Of a stretch of DNA of 64,000 nucleotides, positions 63,492 through 64,000 are shown in pieces (the first letter of the stretch is position 1; each line of letters starts with the position of its first letter). The notes below the pieces were generated by a model. It searched no databases and was not told where the DNA came from. It was given only the letters and a program-made list of their open reading frames with translations. Location: contig CAMRBO010000001.1 in the NCBI GenBank assembly GCA_947040465.1, positions 112 to 64,111 of the forward strand, written 5' to 3'. The position numbers were made by a program, and so were the translations under genes. This DNA comes from an uncultured Mycoplasma sp. GTDB taxonomy: Bacteria; Bacillota_I; Bacilli_A; Mycoplasmatales; Metamycoplasmataceae.

Positions 63492-64000
63492 ATGGCAAAA
63501 GAAATAGTTCGTATTGCTAAATTGGAATTTAATGCTGGTCAAGCTAAACCCGGACCTGAATTAGCAGGACTTGGGATAGTTATGCCAGAGTTTACAAGAC
63601 AATTTAACGATGAAACAAAAGATAGAGGAAGTGAGCCTGTCCCTGTCGAAATTACAATTTTTAATGATAAGTCATTTACATTTAAATTGTTTTCTTCCCC
63701 AGCTGCATATAAATTATTACAAGCAGCAGGATTACAAAAAGGTAGTGCAAATTCAAAAACAACAATCGTTGGTACAATCACTAAAAAACAATTAGAAGAA
63801 ATTGCAGCTTATAAATTAGCAGATTTTAATACAGACGACCTTCAACAAGGAATGAAAATTGTTGCTGGAACAGCAAGAAATATGGGGATAGCAATCGAAG
63901 GTATTGATAACATTGAACAAATGATGAAAGATGCCAAAGAAGCAACTTTTGCAGAAGTTAAATCTAATATAGACCAAGCCAAGTTTGAAGCAGAAGCGGC
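63492..64000 (+). CDS. rplK: 50S ribosomal protein L11 with C-terminal extension (runs off the window)
   Basis: AGQAKPGP, FTRQFND, VPVEIT and VAGTARNMG; still open more than 30 codons past the usual end. Confidence 0.95.
   Translation, partial: MAKEIVRIAKLEFNAGQAKPGPELAGLGIVMPEFTRQFNDETKDRGSEPVPVEITIFNDKSFTFKLFSSPAAYKLLQAAGLQKGSANSKTTIVGTITKKQLEEIAAYKLADFNTDDLQQGMKIVAGTARNMGIAIEGIDNIEQMMKDAKEATFAEVKSNIDQAKFEAEA

Overview
Very AT-rich chromosomal DNA from a mollicute (Mycoplasma-like, hominis-group gene content) using genetic code 4 (TGA=Trp). The supplied ORF track splits genes at TGA, so I rejoined in-frame fragments and read true starts and stops by hand; product calls come from recognised motifs, not database searches. 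Left end: a sugar-scavenging trio resembling the E. coli ebgA/ygjI/ygjK cluster (GH2 beta-galactosidase, APC permease with a long C-terminal tail, GH63 alpha-glucosidase). Middle: housekeeping and membrane genes (rnj, glpF, def, serS, ABC systems including a ~2690-aa permease, coaX, SF1 helicase-nuclease, thiT-like, lysS, two HADs, P80-P60-hinT, licD-like, rsmG, prs, rsmA, tatD, mnmE, ychF, rlmD-like, tRNA-Trp(CCA), recO, an orphan OmpR-type regulator, pgi, SRP RNA). A probable oriC-like element lies before dnaN with no adjacent dnaA. After dnaN-yaaA comes a complete but rearranged type II CRISPR-Cas locus: cas9 (1141 aa, +) converges on a 12-repeat array and csn2-like/cas2/cas1 (-), with a compact tracrRNA at the far end. 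Right end: a two-gene islet, argS, rpoE, tsaE/B/D, an NCS2 purine permease with a structured leader, ung and a partial rplK. About ten genes have TATAAT only 6-8 nt before the start codon, which suggests leaderless mRNAs.
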